Shown here one piece after another: positions 19,072 to 28,200 of a stretch of 64,000 nucleotides of DNA (position 1 is the first letter of the stretch; each line of letters opens with the position of its first letter). The notes beneath the pieces were generated by a model, which saw nothing but the letters and a program-made list of their open reading frames with translations, searched no databases and was not told the origin of the DNA. The stretch is taken from contig MFCA01000022.1 in the NCBI GenBank assembly GCA_001775095.1, positions 2,162 through 66,161 on the forward strand. Reading direction: 5' to 3'. The DNA is from Candidatus Curtissbacteria bacterium RIFOXYA1_FULL_41_14. GTDB taxonomy: Bacteria > Patescibacteriota > Microgenomatia > Curtissbacterales > GWA2-41-24. Made by a program: the position numbers and the translations under genes.

Positions 19072-20148
19072 ATGAAAGTGGTACAGATAAGAAAATACGG
19101 AGGGAATGAAGTTTTGGAGGTTAGTGATATACCAAAATCAAAACCCGGTAAAAATCAGGTATTGGTTGTGGTACATGCGGCAAGCGTTAACCCCTTTGAT
19201 TTGGCTGTCCGCTCAGGAGGAATGAGAAGTGTCTCATCCTTACAATTACCGTTTACTCTGGGCGGCGATTTTGCCGGAGTTGTTTTAGAAACTGGTGAAG
19301 ATGTAGTTGATTTTAAAATTGGTGATGAAGTTTACGGCAGCGCAATTGTATTTGGCAGTGGTTCCGGAGCTTTTGCCCAAGAGGTTAGTGTGAACATCGC
19401 AAATTGCGCTTTAAAGCCTAAAGGGGTAAATATGCAAGAGGCAGCCGCGCTGCCGCTTGTCGGATCAAGCGCTGTGCAGGCGCTTGAGGAACATATCAAA
19501 TTAAAAAATAATCAAAAGATATTGATCCATGGCGGCGCAGGCGGAATCGGCCATATTGCGATCCAGCTTGCCAAATCGAAAGGCGCGTACGTTGCCGCAA
19601 CAGTAGGGGACAAAGATAGGGAATTTGTCGAAAGGCTTGGCGCGGATGAGGTGATCGACTATAAACTTCCGAGGGCTAAGAGCCCTCGGTCTTGTTCTTT
19701 AAGTTTATATGAGCGAGCAGATGACTCAAATACTCGGAAGTATGTATTCTCTCGCATTCAGCCGCGGACTGATAGTCCACGGTATTCTGCGAGCGAATAT
19801 AAAAATCAGAAATTCGAAGATATCTTATCAGATTTTGATGCAGTGTATGATACTGTCGGAGGCGATGTCACAGAAAGGTCTTTTAGAGTTTTGAAAAAGG
19901 GCGGAATACTTGTTTCTATGAAAGGACAGCCTGATGAGAAGCTAGCTCAAAAATACCAGGTGTTTGCTATCGGACAATTCACAAAAATTAACGCAGAGCA
20001 CTTGAAGCGGCTTTCAGAACTGGTCGATGCAGACGTTGTCAAAGTTCATGTCGACAAGATTTTTACACTTGATGCGATAAAAGATGCTTTCGAATATCAA
20101 GAGATCGGCCATCCCCAAGGAAAGGTTGTTGTTAAAATTGGAAATTAA
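19072..20148 (+). CDS. NADP-dependent oxidoreductase (MDR/quinone reductase) with 46-aa in-frame insertion
   Basis: AASVNPFD, G.DFAG, HGGAGGIG, ADEVIDYK[insert]NQKF. Confidence 0.9.
   Translation: MKVVQIRKYGGNEVLEVSDIPKSKPGKNQVLVVVHAASVNPFDLAVRSGGMRSVSSLQLPFTLGGDFAGVVLETGEDVVDFKIGDEVYGSAIVFGSGSGAFAQEVSVNIANCALKPKGVNMQEAAALPLVGSSAVQALEEHIKLKNNQKILIHGGAGGIGHIAIQLAKSKGAYVAATVGDKDREFVERLGADEVIDYKLPRAKSPRSCSLSLYERADDSNTRKYVFSRIQPRTDSPRYSASEYKNQKFEDILSDFDAVYDTVGGDVTERSFRVLKKGGILVSMKGQPDEKLAQKYQVFAIGQFTKINAEHLKRLSELVDADVVKVHVDKIFTLDAIKDAFEYQEIGHPQGKVVVKIGN
19660..19803 (-). mobile_element. 138-bp non-autonomous palindromic element (IS200/IS605-end-like), family A, copy 1
   Basis: Bounded by TATAAA direct repeats; hairpins CCGAGGGCTAAGAGCCCTCGG and CCGCGGACTGATAGTCCACGG; homologous to 58237-58381. 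Confidence 0.9.
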
Positions 20149-20498
20149 GATTAATAAACAATCTACATATCCTCTTGACTACCATTTTCGCGGTGAGAGG
20201 CTGGCTATGAGGCCATTGTATGACAAGCTGATTGCAAAACTGGCTAAGGAGCTGAGCTTCAAATACAAAATTGGTAAAGCTTATATTGGTTTAATACATA
20301 CCCTTGTTTTTTTGCGCACTGCATATTCAAACAAAAAAGATAATTGTTGAATTTGTCCCTCGCAGGGAATTTAAAAACCCAAGGATTATAAAATCGAAAA
20401 AATTTCAAAAAGCACGCTGGGCGCAATATGTGGAATTAAAAGGGCTAAGCGATATAGATGGAGAACTTATTGACTGGATTCGTTTCTCGTACGAATAA
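20138..20498 (+). pseudogene. DUF5655-like gene split by a frameshift in a T7 run
   Basis: Frame 1 ...KAYIGLIHTLVF continues as CALHIQTKKI... in the next frame at 20307-20313. Confidence 0.7.
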
Positions 20499-20562
20499 TT
20501 TCTTTGGCCCAAAAGCTCCTCAAATGTTAAAATAAATACCACAGTCGGTAATTGAATTAGAA

Positions 20563-21306
20563 ATGCTCTGGTATATATTACTCGCCACTTTTTTTGCCTC
20601 AATAGCCTCGCTTCTTTTGGCGGCATTTTCTCTCTTTTGGCAGAACTTTTTCAAAAAATATTCTTTCCATATGGTTGCATTTGCAGCTGGGGCGCTTTTG
20701 ACAACAGGGTTTTTAGATACTATGCCAGAAGCGATTGAGGCAAGCGAAAAATCATTTTTGACGATTACCATTTTTATTGCTTTGTTTTTCCTGATTGAAA
20801 AAGTACTTTTAGGTATGCACCACCATCATCCTAAGGAAAGTGAAGAGAGAAAACTAAGGATGCCGCTTGCCTTTCTTCTATTTGGCGATGCGCTTCATAA
20901 TTTTATTGACGGGGTTTCCATTGCCTCAACATTTCTGGTTAGTTTTCCTCTTGGGATTGTGACTTCCGCCGCGGTTTTTGTTCATGAAATACCTCATGAG
21001 CTTGGAGATTTTGGAATCCTTATCCACTTGGGATATGAAAGATTGAAGGTGTTGGGTTTTAATGCGTTGACAGGATTGGGAGCAATTTTTGGTGCAGTCG
21101 GTGGTTTTTATCTTGGCGGCAAAATCGAGGGACTTTTACCAATTTTTCTTTCACTTGCGAGCGCAAATTTTATCTACCTTGCGCTTTCCGATTTGATACC
21201 CGAAGTTCAGGAAAAATCTAAGGGGGATCGTAGCTTCTTAACGGCTATATTTTTCCTTCTTGGTATTTTATTTATAAGTCTTTTGACAAGTTTCGTCCCA
21301 GAATGA
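20563..21306 (+). CDS. ZIP family metal transporter
   Basis: GDALHNFIDG, HEIPHELGDF, SDLIPE. Confidence 0.93.
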   Translation: MLWYILLATFFASIASLLLAAFSLFWQNFFKKYSFHMVAFAAGALLTTGFLDTMPEAIEASEKSFLTITIFIALFFLIEKVLLGMHHHHPKESEERKLRMPLAFLLFGDALHNFIDGVSIASTFLVSFPLGIVTSAAVFVHEIPHELGDFGILIHLGYERLKVLGFNALTGLGAIFGAVGGFYLGGKIEGLLPIFLSLASANFIYLALSDLIPEVQEKSKGDRSFLTAIFFLLGILFISLLTSFVPE

Positions 21307-21310
21307 AAGG

Positions 21311-21410
21311 GGTTGAAACCTATATTGTTCGAGCCCTTCGTCGAAGCTCAGGGCGAGAACTGTCAGACTTCTCACTTTGTTCGAAGAAGAATAAGGTTAT
21401 CAACGGACTA
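21311..21410 (-). mobile_element. MITE-like element family B, copy 2 (central hairpin replaced by CCCTTCG..CTCAGGG REP)
   Basis: ATTGTTCGAGC...CGAGAAC..GACTTCTCACTTTGTTCGAAG. Confidence 0.8.
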
Positions 21411-21413
21411 AAA

Positions 21414-22337
21414 TTAGGATTCCTGGGGTAGTTTTTTAGTTTTTCTTTTTCTAACAATATAAATAATCACCAAAAGCGGTACCCAAATTACCGAATATAC
21501 ACCTACCCAAATCGAAGCATTTGCCCCAGACCGCATCGTACCCAAAAGGCTTCTGACCGCTTGTTTAAGAACAAGCTGTGGCCTGAATGCTTTGTCCGGG
21601 GTATAAGGTAGAGCCAACTCATCGGTCGAAAGATAAGCTGTTACTTTGGAAAGATTAGCATTCTGCTCAAGCGATTTTTGCTGGCCAACTAGTGAGTCAA
21701 TTTGGCTCTGGATACTTATTAGTTCCCTCTGAACTTGCAGAATCTCTGTAACAGCCACAGCCTTATCCAGAATTTGCTCAAATTTTGCTTTGGTTTTTTG
21801 AAGTGTGGCAATTCTTGCTTCGATATCAACATACTGATCAGTTACGTCTTTGCCGAGAAGCCTTTCGCTGGTGACTTTAATCGCCAGCGATCTGAAATAG
21901 TTAAGTGTTTCATCAAGCTTATTTTCCGGAATTCTAACCGTGATTGTGGCAAATGGAGATTCGTTGGGTCTATTGTAGGAGGCTTCGACCATGTAACCAC
22001 CGGCGCTTTTGGCCCGGTCAATAATTTTTTCGCCGGTTGCTTTTACATCGTTTACTAAGAGCGAAAGATTGGAGTTTTTGACAACCATGCGCTCGCTGTC
22101 AGTAGTTGTTGGGGGAGCCTCCTGAGAAGAGTCCGGAAGACCAAGCTTTGTTGAGGGTAGCATTCCAAGTGCCGGCTCTTCCATTGTCGCTATTCCGGAT
22201 GACGGCGGACTGATTGATCTTTCCACTGACCTGGTTCTCAACGCACCGCCGGATAATTCTCTAAAGAGAAGGAATAAGATAATTAAGGAAAGAGCGAAAA
22301 CGAGTTTATTTGTTTTTAGCCAGTTAACAACAGCCAC
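21414..22337 (-). CDS. DUF4349 protein
   Basis: ERMVVKN..L, TVRIP, DVTDQYVD..ARI, C-terminal TM. Confidence 0.88.
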   Translation of the reverse strand: MAVVNWLKTNKLVFALSLIILFLLFRELSGGALRTRSVERSISPPSSGIATMEEPALGMLPSTKLGLPDSSQEAPPTTTDSERMVVKNSNLSLLVNDVKATGEKIIDRAKSAGGYMVEASYNRPNESPFATITVRIPENKLDETLNYFRSLAIKVTSERLLGKDVTDQYVDIEARIATLQKTKAKFEQILDKAVAVTEILQVQRELISIQSQIDSLVGQQKSLEQNANLSKVTAYLSTDELALPYTPDKAFRPQLVLKQAVRSLLGTMRSGANASIWVGVYSVIWVPLLVIIYIVRKRKTKKLPQES

Positions 22338-22370
22338 TTATTACATTTTAGAATTGTTGTTTGCGATTTA

Positions 22371-23063
22371 TCAAGTTTTGTTATAAGCGGATAGTTCGCG
22401 GAGGGCGTCGTGAGCGATCCATTTGGCTGATTTTGAATCGATTTTCTCGATTTCTTTTGCCAAGTCTATGGCTTTTCCAAGAAGTTTCGGCCGGCTTTTG
22501 GCGATTTGGCGAAGGGCCCAGTTAACTGCCTTTTTGACGAAATTTCGCTCATCAGTCGAGTACTTTTTGATCAGTGGAAAGAATTCCAAAAATCTTGCAT
22601 CCGGGGAAGTTTTATCGTGCCAGGCAAGGCAAGCCATTAGGGCAAAGCCGGCACGGCGGATAAATTCCTCCTCATTTCGTGTCCACTTCTTTGCTTTTTC
22701 AAAGGCGAAAGGAGTTTTGTCGAAAAGATTCATGCAGACTTGATCGCAGACGTCCCAGGAATCAAAATCTCTCACCCAGGCATCCATCTGTTTTTCTGAA
22801 ACTTCACTCGGGTCGTCAACCATCGATGCTAAAATTTTTACCTCGTGGATACCGGAGTTCCAAAGCTCTTGCGCTAAGTTATGCCTGCCCGCCGTATCTT
22901 TAGAGAAGGCGGGCTGTTTGCCAGTTTCCCTGGCAGTTTTGCGCAAAACTGGAATTGGAACACCCAAGGTATTTTTGGGGTTTATCCCGAAACGCGCCAT
23001 CCCTGCGACATTTTTCGGATTGGCCTGTAAGCGGAGTTTGGCAATGATTGCCTCGGCGTTCAT
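22371..23063 (-). CDS. AlkD-like DNA alkylation repair protein
   Basis: GMARFGI, FDSWDVCD, DERNFVKKAVNWALR; in-frame PAFSKDTAGR insertion. Confidence 0.9.
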   Translation of the reverse strand: MNAEAIIAKLRLQANPKNVAGMARFGINPKNTLGVPIPVLRKTARETGKQPAFSKDTAGRHNLAQELWNSGIHEVKILASMVDDPSEVSEKQMDAWVRDFDSWDVCDQVCMNLFDKTPFAFEKAKKWTRNEEEFIRRAGFALMACLAWHDKTSPDARFLEFFPLIKKYSTDERNFVKKAVNWALRQIAKSRPKLLGKAIDLAKEIEKIDSKSAKWIAHDALRELSAYNKT

Positions 23064-23208
23064 ATTTATAGTTTAAATTATAAAATAAGTTTTGGTCTAG
23101 CGCAGACCGTGGCGGCGAAAAATCCAAGTTGCTGTTGGCAAAGTCACAACAGAACCTCCCGTATCTTTCAATCCGTAGGAAAAGGGTAAAATAGACTCTG
23201 GACTACTG

Positions 23209-24198
23209 ATGAAAAAGTTATTTGCGGCGGTTTTGCTATTTATACTGGTCATAATTGGTTTTTATGTATCGCAAATGGACAGAGGAAAAATTACGGTTAG
23301 TGAGAAATCCGGTACAAACGTACCGCCGGTTATTGAGCAAAAAATTGAGGATCAAACAATCACCATAATCTCGACGGGGGATATAGGTTTGGTGCGGGAC
23401 GTTAACAATGAAATACAAATAAGGCATGATCCGAATTATCCTTTTTTGAAAATTGCGCCTTATTTGAAAAGTGCTGATTTAACAGTTACGAATCTGGAAG
23501 GCCCACTCATCAAGAACTGTCCAATTGCTCTAACCGGCTTTACTTTTTGCGGAAAGGATACAAATGTCAATGGACTTACCTTTGCCGGGATTGATGCTGC
23601 CAGTCTTGCCAACAACCACGCCACTAACTTTGGATTCAACAGTCTGGCTGAAACCGCCGCTGTCCTTAAGTCAAATGGTATCGCCCCTTTTGGCTTGGCG
23701 GACAAAATTGAATATATCAACATCAAAGACAAAAAGGTCGCGCTTGTTGGTTTTGTCGAACTCGGTAACAATTGGGCGGGACTAAACAATTCTACTTTAG
23801 AAAATGTTGCAAGACTAGTATCGGAGGCCAAATCAAAAGCAAACATTATTATCGCCGCTTTTCATTGGGGTGTTGAATATACTCGTAGACCCACTCAAAA
23901 CCAAGTTAATCTTGCCCACATTGCCATTGATAACGGAGCGGATATTGTGCTTGGAAATCACCCCCATTGGATTCAGGACAATGAAATTTACAAAGACAAA
24001 TTCATAACTTACGCACAGGGAAACACTATTTTTGATCAGGATTGGTCCCAGGAGACGAAAGAGGGAGTGATTTATAAATTTGAATATAGCGGGGAAGAGC
24101 TTAAAAAAATTGATGAAAAATACACAATAATTGAAAATAATAGCCAGCCAAGATTTGCGACAGAAGCTGAGACGGTTAATATTAAAAGTAAAATATGA
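23209..24198 (+). CDS. CapA family metallophosphoesterase
   Basis: GD, NLEGP, SLANNH, HWGVEY, GNHPH. Confidence 0.9.
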   Translation: MKKLFAAVLLFILVIIGFYVSQMDRGKITVSEKSGTNVPPVIEQKIEDQTITIISTGDIGLVRDVNNEIQIRHDPNYPFLKIAPYLKSADLTVTNLEGPLIKNCPIALTGFTFCGKDTNVNGLTFAGIDAASLANNHATNFGFNSLAETAAVLKSNGIAPFGLADKIEYINIKDKKVALVGFVELGNNWAGLNNSTLENVARLVSEAKSKANIIIAAFHWGVEYTRRPTQNQVNLAHIAIDNGADIVLGNHPHWIQDNEIYKDKFITYAQGNTIFDQDWSQETKEGVIYKFEYSGEELKKIDEKYTIIENNSQPRFATEAETVNIKSKI

Positions 24199-24244
24199 GT
24201 TAAGTTTTACTCAACTTATTTTTTGGTACAATCAGCTGGCAAGT

Positions 24245-24955
24245 ATGAACGATATCATTTTGGCAGCAAGAGAGGAATTAGAGGCCAGTGTTGATACAAA
24301 GACAAAGGAAAGTTTCCAAAGGTTTTTTAAAGAAAAGGTTACTTACTGGGGTGTTAAAACAAATACCGTTGAAAAGATCGCCAAGAAGTATTTTGCACAA
24401 ATAAAAGGTTTGGGTAAGGAGAAAGTCTTTGCGCTATGCGAGGAACTTTTGAAATCAAACTTTGGAGAAGAAGCCTGGATTGCGGCTAACTGGGCTTATT
24501 TTGTCCGTGATGATTATAAAATAAGCGACATTTTAATTTTTGAGCGCTGGATCGATAAATATATAAATGACTGGGCCAAGTGCGATACTCTTTGTAATCA
24601 CGCGGTGGGTGCGTTTGTAGAAAAGTTTCCAAAAACAATAGACAGATTAAAAACCTGGGCCAAGTCGGAAAATCTATGGCTCCGCCGCGCGGCAGCTGTT
24701 ACTCTGATCATTCCTGCCCGCCGGGGGAAATTCTTAAAAGATATTTTTGAGATTGCCGATATTCTTTTAAAAGATAGCGAAGATTTGGTCCAAAAAGGCT
24801 ATGGCTGGATGCTTAAAGTTGCAAGCCAAACCCATCAGAAGGAAGTATTTGAGTGGGTAATGAAGAACAAGGGGGAAATGCCAAGGACTGCTCTTCGCTA
24901 CGCGATTGAAAAAATGCCTCCGGACTTAAGAAGAAAAGCCATGGCGAAAAGTTAA
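24245..24955 (+). CDS. AlkD-like DNA alkylation repair protein (second subfamily)
   Basis: DWAKCD, WLRRAAAV, DLVQKGYGWML, PRTALRYAIE. Confidence 0.9.
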   Translation: MNDIILAAREELEASVDTKTKESFQRFFKEKVTYWGVKTNTVEKIAKKYFAQIKGLGKEKVFALCEELLKSNFGEEAWIAANWAYFVRDDYKISDILIFERWIDKYINDWAKCDTLCNHAVGAFVEKFPKTIDRLKTWAKSENLWLRRAAAVTLIIPARRGKFLKDIFEIADILLKDSEDLVQKGYGWMLKVASQTHQKEVFEWVMKNKGEMPRTALRYAIEKMPPDLRRKAMAKS

Positions 24956-24968
24956 TAGTATTAGCTTT

Positions 24969-25153
24969 GAGCTTATTAACCCTTATTGTTCGAGCCCCTC
25001 GTTGAAACTCAGGACGAGAACAACATGCTTCGCATATTGTTCGAGCACAGGAGAGTACCATCCGGTACTCTCCGTAGCGAGAACTTTCTGACTTCTCACT
25101 TTGTCGAGTCTAACTCGACTTTGTTCGAAGAATAACAAGGTTTTCAACAAGAT
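24969..25153 (-). mobile_element. MITE-like element family B, copy 3 (partly duplicated, with nested micro-hairpin)
   Basis: Two ATTGTTCGAGC...CGAGAAC units; ends GTTTTCAACAAGATC. Confidence 0.85.
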
Positions 25154-25166
25154 CTCGGCTCAAATG

Positions 25167-25195
25167 TTGACAAATATGTAACTATTGTATATACT
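25167..25195 (+). promoter_or_regulatory. Sigma70 promoter of the TA operon
   Basis: TTGACA-17-TATACT, 8 nt before the ATG. Confidence 0.8.
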
Positions 25196-25203
25196 TTGGT
25201 TAT

Positions 25204-25479
25204 ATGCAGACTGTAATTCATATAAAGGCTGATAAAGAAGTTAAGGAAAATGCCGCTAAGACCGCGCGGGATCTTGGTCTGAATTTAACAGATGTAATCA
25301 ATGCGTCTTTGCGCAATTTTATCAGAACCCGGGAAATAATTTTTTCTGATACTCCTCAAATGACCCCCGAACTTGAGAAACTCTTGGACAGGGTCGAAGA
25401 AGATATAAAGCATAACCGCAACATAGTTGGTCCTTTTAAGAGCGCTAAGGCGGCTAACGAGTATCTTGATTCCCTATGA
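25204..25479 (+). CDS. RelB/DinJ-family antitoxin
   Basis: IHIKAD.EVK.......LGLNLTDVINASLRNF. Confidence 0.85.
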   Translation: MQTVIHIKADKEVKENAAKTARDLGLNLTDVINASLRNFIRTREIIFSDTPQMTPELEKLLDRVEEDIKHNRNIVGPFKSAKAANEYLDSL

Positions 25480-25733
25480 TTATCAAATATCATAAGGATT
25501 TTATAAAAGACTTCAAAAAACTCCCCAAAAGAACCAAGGAAAAATTCAAAGAGAGGCAATTATTTTTTGAAAAAGATGAATTTGACCCTGTGTTAAACAA
25601 CCATGCGTTAAAAGGCAAATGGTTAGGATATAGGAGTATAAATGTGACAGGTGATATCAGAGCAATATTTAAGAGAGAGTCAGAAAGTGTACTGTTTGTC
25701 GCAATTGATACCCACAGTAATTTGTACGGATAA
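25476..25733 (+). CDS. RelE/YafQ-family mRNA interferase toxin
   Basis: NNHALKGKWLGYRSINVTGDIRAIF...IDTHSNLY. Confidence 0.9.
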   Translation: MIIKYHKDFIKDFKKLPKRTKEKFKERQLFFEKDEFDPVLNNHALKGKWLGYRSINVTGDIRAIFKRESESVLFVAIDTHSNLYG

Positions 25734-25767
25734 AATCAAAATGAATGGTGAAAGCTCCTAATCCTTG

Positions 25768-26496
25768 TTAAGATTTAGTTTTAAACCATTCAATATAAAT
25801 TCTTTCAACTTCATCTCTAAAAGGTCCTTCTTTTATGCTGTGCGGAGCACCTTTCATAAAAACGTAAGTTAATTTATTCTTATCTTTTGTAGCATCAATA
25901 TAGTTTTGCACGGTTTGATGGGGAACGTAAGTGTCTTTTTCTGATTCGATAATTAGAATGTTGCCGTTAAAATTGTTAACGGCTTGCAAAGCATACGTTT
26001 CATTTGGTTTTTTAGCTTTTCTCCTCCACTCCATAATCGCAGGCACCTCGCTGCCTCCCGCTTTTGCTCTAGGTACTTTAAAAGCTCCTGAATCATAATC
26101 TGCAGGCACTCTAAGTACAAGATTCTTTACTGGTCTTTTTGAGGTTAGATAGGCTGCTCGGTATCCCCCGAAACTAGAACCTACAACGCTTATATTATTT
26201 TTATCTACCCCTTCCATTGTTGCAAAGAAATCATAAGCAGCTAGATCATCTTTGGTAAAATCCTCTGTTGTTGCCAAATTTACATCACTTTCACTCTCTC
26301 CGTGTCCTCTTGCGTCAAACAAAAAACAAATATACCCGAGTTTTGCTAGTGATTTGGCGTATTGAAAGCTATTTTCTTTTAATCCCGTCCAACCTTGAAT
26401 AAATAGGATTGCAGAATTATTCACTTTTGGATATTTAGGATAAAAAACATTCCCTTTGAGCTTTTGACTATCAACTACAAACTCTACCGATTTCAT
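25768..26496 (-). CDS. Alpha/beta hydrolase
   Basis: RGHGES, GSSFGG, EKD, APH. Confidence 0.88.
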   Translation of the reverse strand: MKSVEFVVDSQKLKGNVFYPKYPKVNNSAILFIQGWTGLKENSFQYAKSLAKLGYICFLFDARGHGESESDVNLATTEDFTKDDLAAYDFFATMEGVDKNNISVVGSSFGGYRAAYLTSKRPVKNLVLRVPADYDSGAFKVPRAKAGGSEVPAIMEWRRKAKKPNETYALQAVNNFNGNILIIESEKDTYVPHQTVQNYIDATKDKNKLTYVFMKGAPHSIKEGPFRDEVERIYIEWFKTKS

Positions 26497-26557
26497 GATG
26501 GCATTATAGCAGGAAGAGGGGCCTCGGTTTGTAAAGCTAATTTGATATACTTTTCTT

Positions 26558-27637
26558 ATGAATCTGTCAGTTGGAATAGTCGGGTTACCGAACGCTGGGA
26601 AGTCGACGCTTTTTAATGCCCTTCGCTCCGCTCAGGGTAAACTCTCCGGGCTGGCTACGGTTGCGAATTATCCTTTTACGACAATTGAGCCGAATGTCGG
26701 AATAGTAGAAGTCCCTGACAAACGTCTTAAGAAGTTAAAAGAAGTTGTTGAAAAAAGCGAGGGATTGAACCCCAACTTCAAAGTTATCCCGGCAATTGTA
26801 AAATTTGTGGATATCGCCGGCCTTGTTAAAGGTGCCCATAAGGGTGAAGGTTTGGGAAATCAATTCCTCTCGCATATCCGTGAAGTTGATGCGATTGTTT
26901 TTCTGCTTCGCGACTTTGAAAACCCGGATGTTGTTAGAACCGGTGAAAATCCGGATGCGGATCTGGCGGTTTTAAAAAGTGAGCTACTTCTTAAGGATTT
27001 GGAGACAATAGAAAGGCAACAAGAAACAAGAAACAAGAAACAGGAAACAAGTAACAAGTTCAAAAGTGCTTTGGAGAAGCTTCAGGAGGGGATAGCAAAG
27101 GGGGTTATGGCAAAGGATATTCAGTTGGACCAGCAGGAGCAACAGGAAGCAAAAAGCTTAAGCCTTTTAACATCAAAGGAATTTTTGATTGTCGTAAACA
27201 GTAATGAGGGTGATCTAAACAAAGAGCCACCGATTAATGGGTCGATTAGGATTAGTGCCAAACTTGAGAGTGAACTAGCTGATTTATCCCGTGAGGAGCA
27301 AGAGGAATATCTAAAAGAACTGGGTGTTTCGGAACCGGGACTTAATCGGTTGATTAAAATAGCCTATGAAACTTTAGGACTTTGTACATTCTTTACTGCC
27401 GGACCGAAAGAAGTTCGTGCCTGGACTGTTCGATGCGGTTCGCTTGCTCCTGCGGCAGCTGGCGTAATCCACAGCGATTTTGAAAGAGGATTTATCGCGG
27501 CAGATGTAATTAGTTGGGAAGAACTAGTTAAGATTGGCGGCTGGCAAAAAGCAAAAGCGGGAGGACTTATTAAAACAGTCGGAAAGTCGGAAGAAATTAA
27601 AGACGGGATGGTTGTGGAATTTAAGTTTAGTGTTTGA
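26558..27637 (+). CDS. ychF: Redox-regulated ATPase YchF
   Basis: [46 protein letters not shown]; two repeat-derived insertions. Confidence 0.97.
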   Translation: MNLSVGIVGLPNAGKSTLFNALRSAQGKLSGLATVANYPFTTIEPNVGIVEVPDKRLKKLKEVVEKSEGLNPNFKVIPAIVKFVDIAGLVKGAHKGEGLGNQFLSHIREVDAIVFLLRDFENPDVVRTGENPDADLAVLKSELLLKDLETIERQQETRNKKQETSNKFKSALEKLQEGIAKGVMAKDIQLDQQEQQEAKSLSLLTSKEFLIVVNSNEGDLNKEPPINGSIRISAKLESELADLSREEQEEYLKELGVSEPGLNRLIKIAYETLGLCTFFTAGPKEVRAWTVRCGSLAPAAAGVIHSDFERGFIAADVISWEELVKIGGWQKAKAGGLIKTVGKSEEIKDGMVVEFKFSV

Positions 27638-27671
27638 ATAAAAAGCTGTGGTCTGATATGATTTTTGCCAT

Positions 27672-28118
27672 ATGCGCTACGATTTAATGGTTGCTGTTGG
27701 TATCAAGGATGCGGACTCACTTGCCGGCAAACTTGAGAAATTTATTAAAGATGCTGCGGCGCAAGAGGTAAAAGTTGAGAAGCTGGGCAAAAAGACCTTA
27801 GCTTATCCTATTGCCAAGCAGCTAGAGGCCGAGTATTTCCTGTTTAATTTCGAGGCCCCGGCAGAGGCAATTTCTGCAATTACTCAAAACCTAAGACTTG
27901 AGCGAGAGACAATATTGAGGTATCTTTTAACAAAGGTAACAAAAGTAACAAAAGGAACAAGGGGTACAAAGGGAACAAAAGAGTTAATAGAATCAGAGGG
28001 TGAGAAAACAAAAGAAACAGGGAAAGTTGTGGTAAAGACGGTAGTAAAGGCAGGTACAAAGGTAACGAAAGGAACAAAGGGTACAAAAGGAACAAAAGTG
28101 AAAGGAAAGAAAAGTTGA
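27672..28118 (+). CDS. rpsF: 30S ribosomal protein S6 with TKG/TKV repeat tail
   Basis: LGKKTLAYPI, ILRYLL; rpsF-ssb-rpsR synteny. Confidence 0.92.
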   Translation: MRYDLMVAVGIKDADSLAGKLEKFIKDAAAQEVKVEKLGKKTLAYPIAKQLEAEYFLFNFEAPAEAISAITQNLRLERETILRYLLTKVTKVTKGTRGTKGTKELIESEGEKTKETGKVVVKTVVKAGTKVTKGTKGTKGTKVKGKKS

Positions 28119-28190
28119 CCCCACTTCGTCGAGTCAGACTCGACTTCGTCAAGTGAAACTTGACTTAGAGGGGCAAGGCAATTGACAATT
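28115..28190. repeat. Hairpin repeat family D, copy 2, with nested 20-nt micro-insertion
   Basis: Equals 12033-12086 plus CGAGTCAGACTCG and a duplicated ACTTCGT. Confidence 0.85.
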
Positions 28191-28200
28191 AATAAACGAC

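Noticed and set aside
19660-19803. Intein or self-splicing intron in the oxidoreductase
   Set aside because: No C/S start or HN-C/S/T end and no group I/II core; the intergenic homolog points to a DNA element.
23085-23180. GC-richer stretch with small hairpins between AlkD and CapA (riboswitch?)
   Set aside because: I could not match any riboswitch consensus; it may be a gene remnant.
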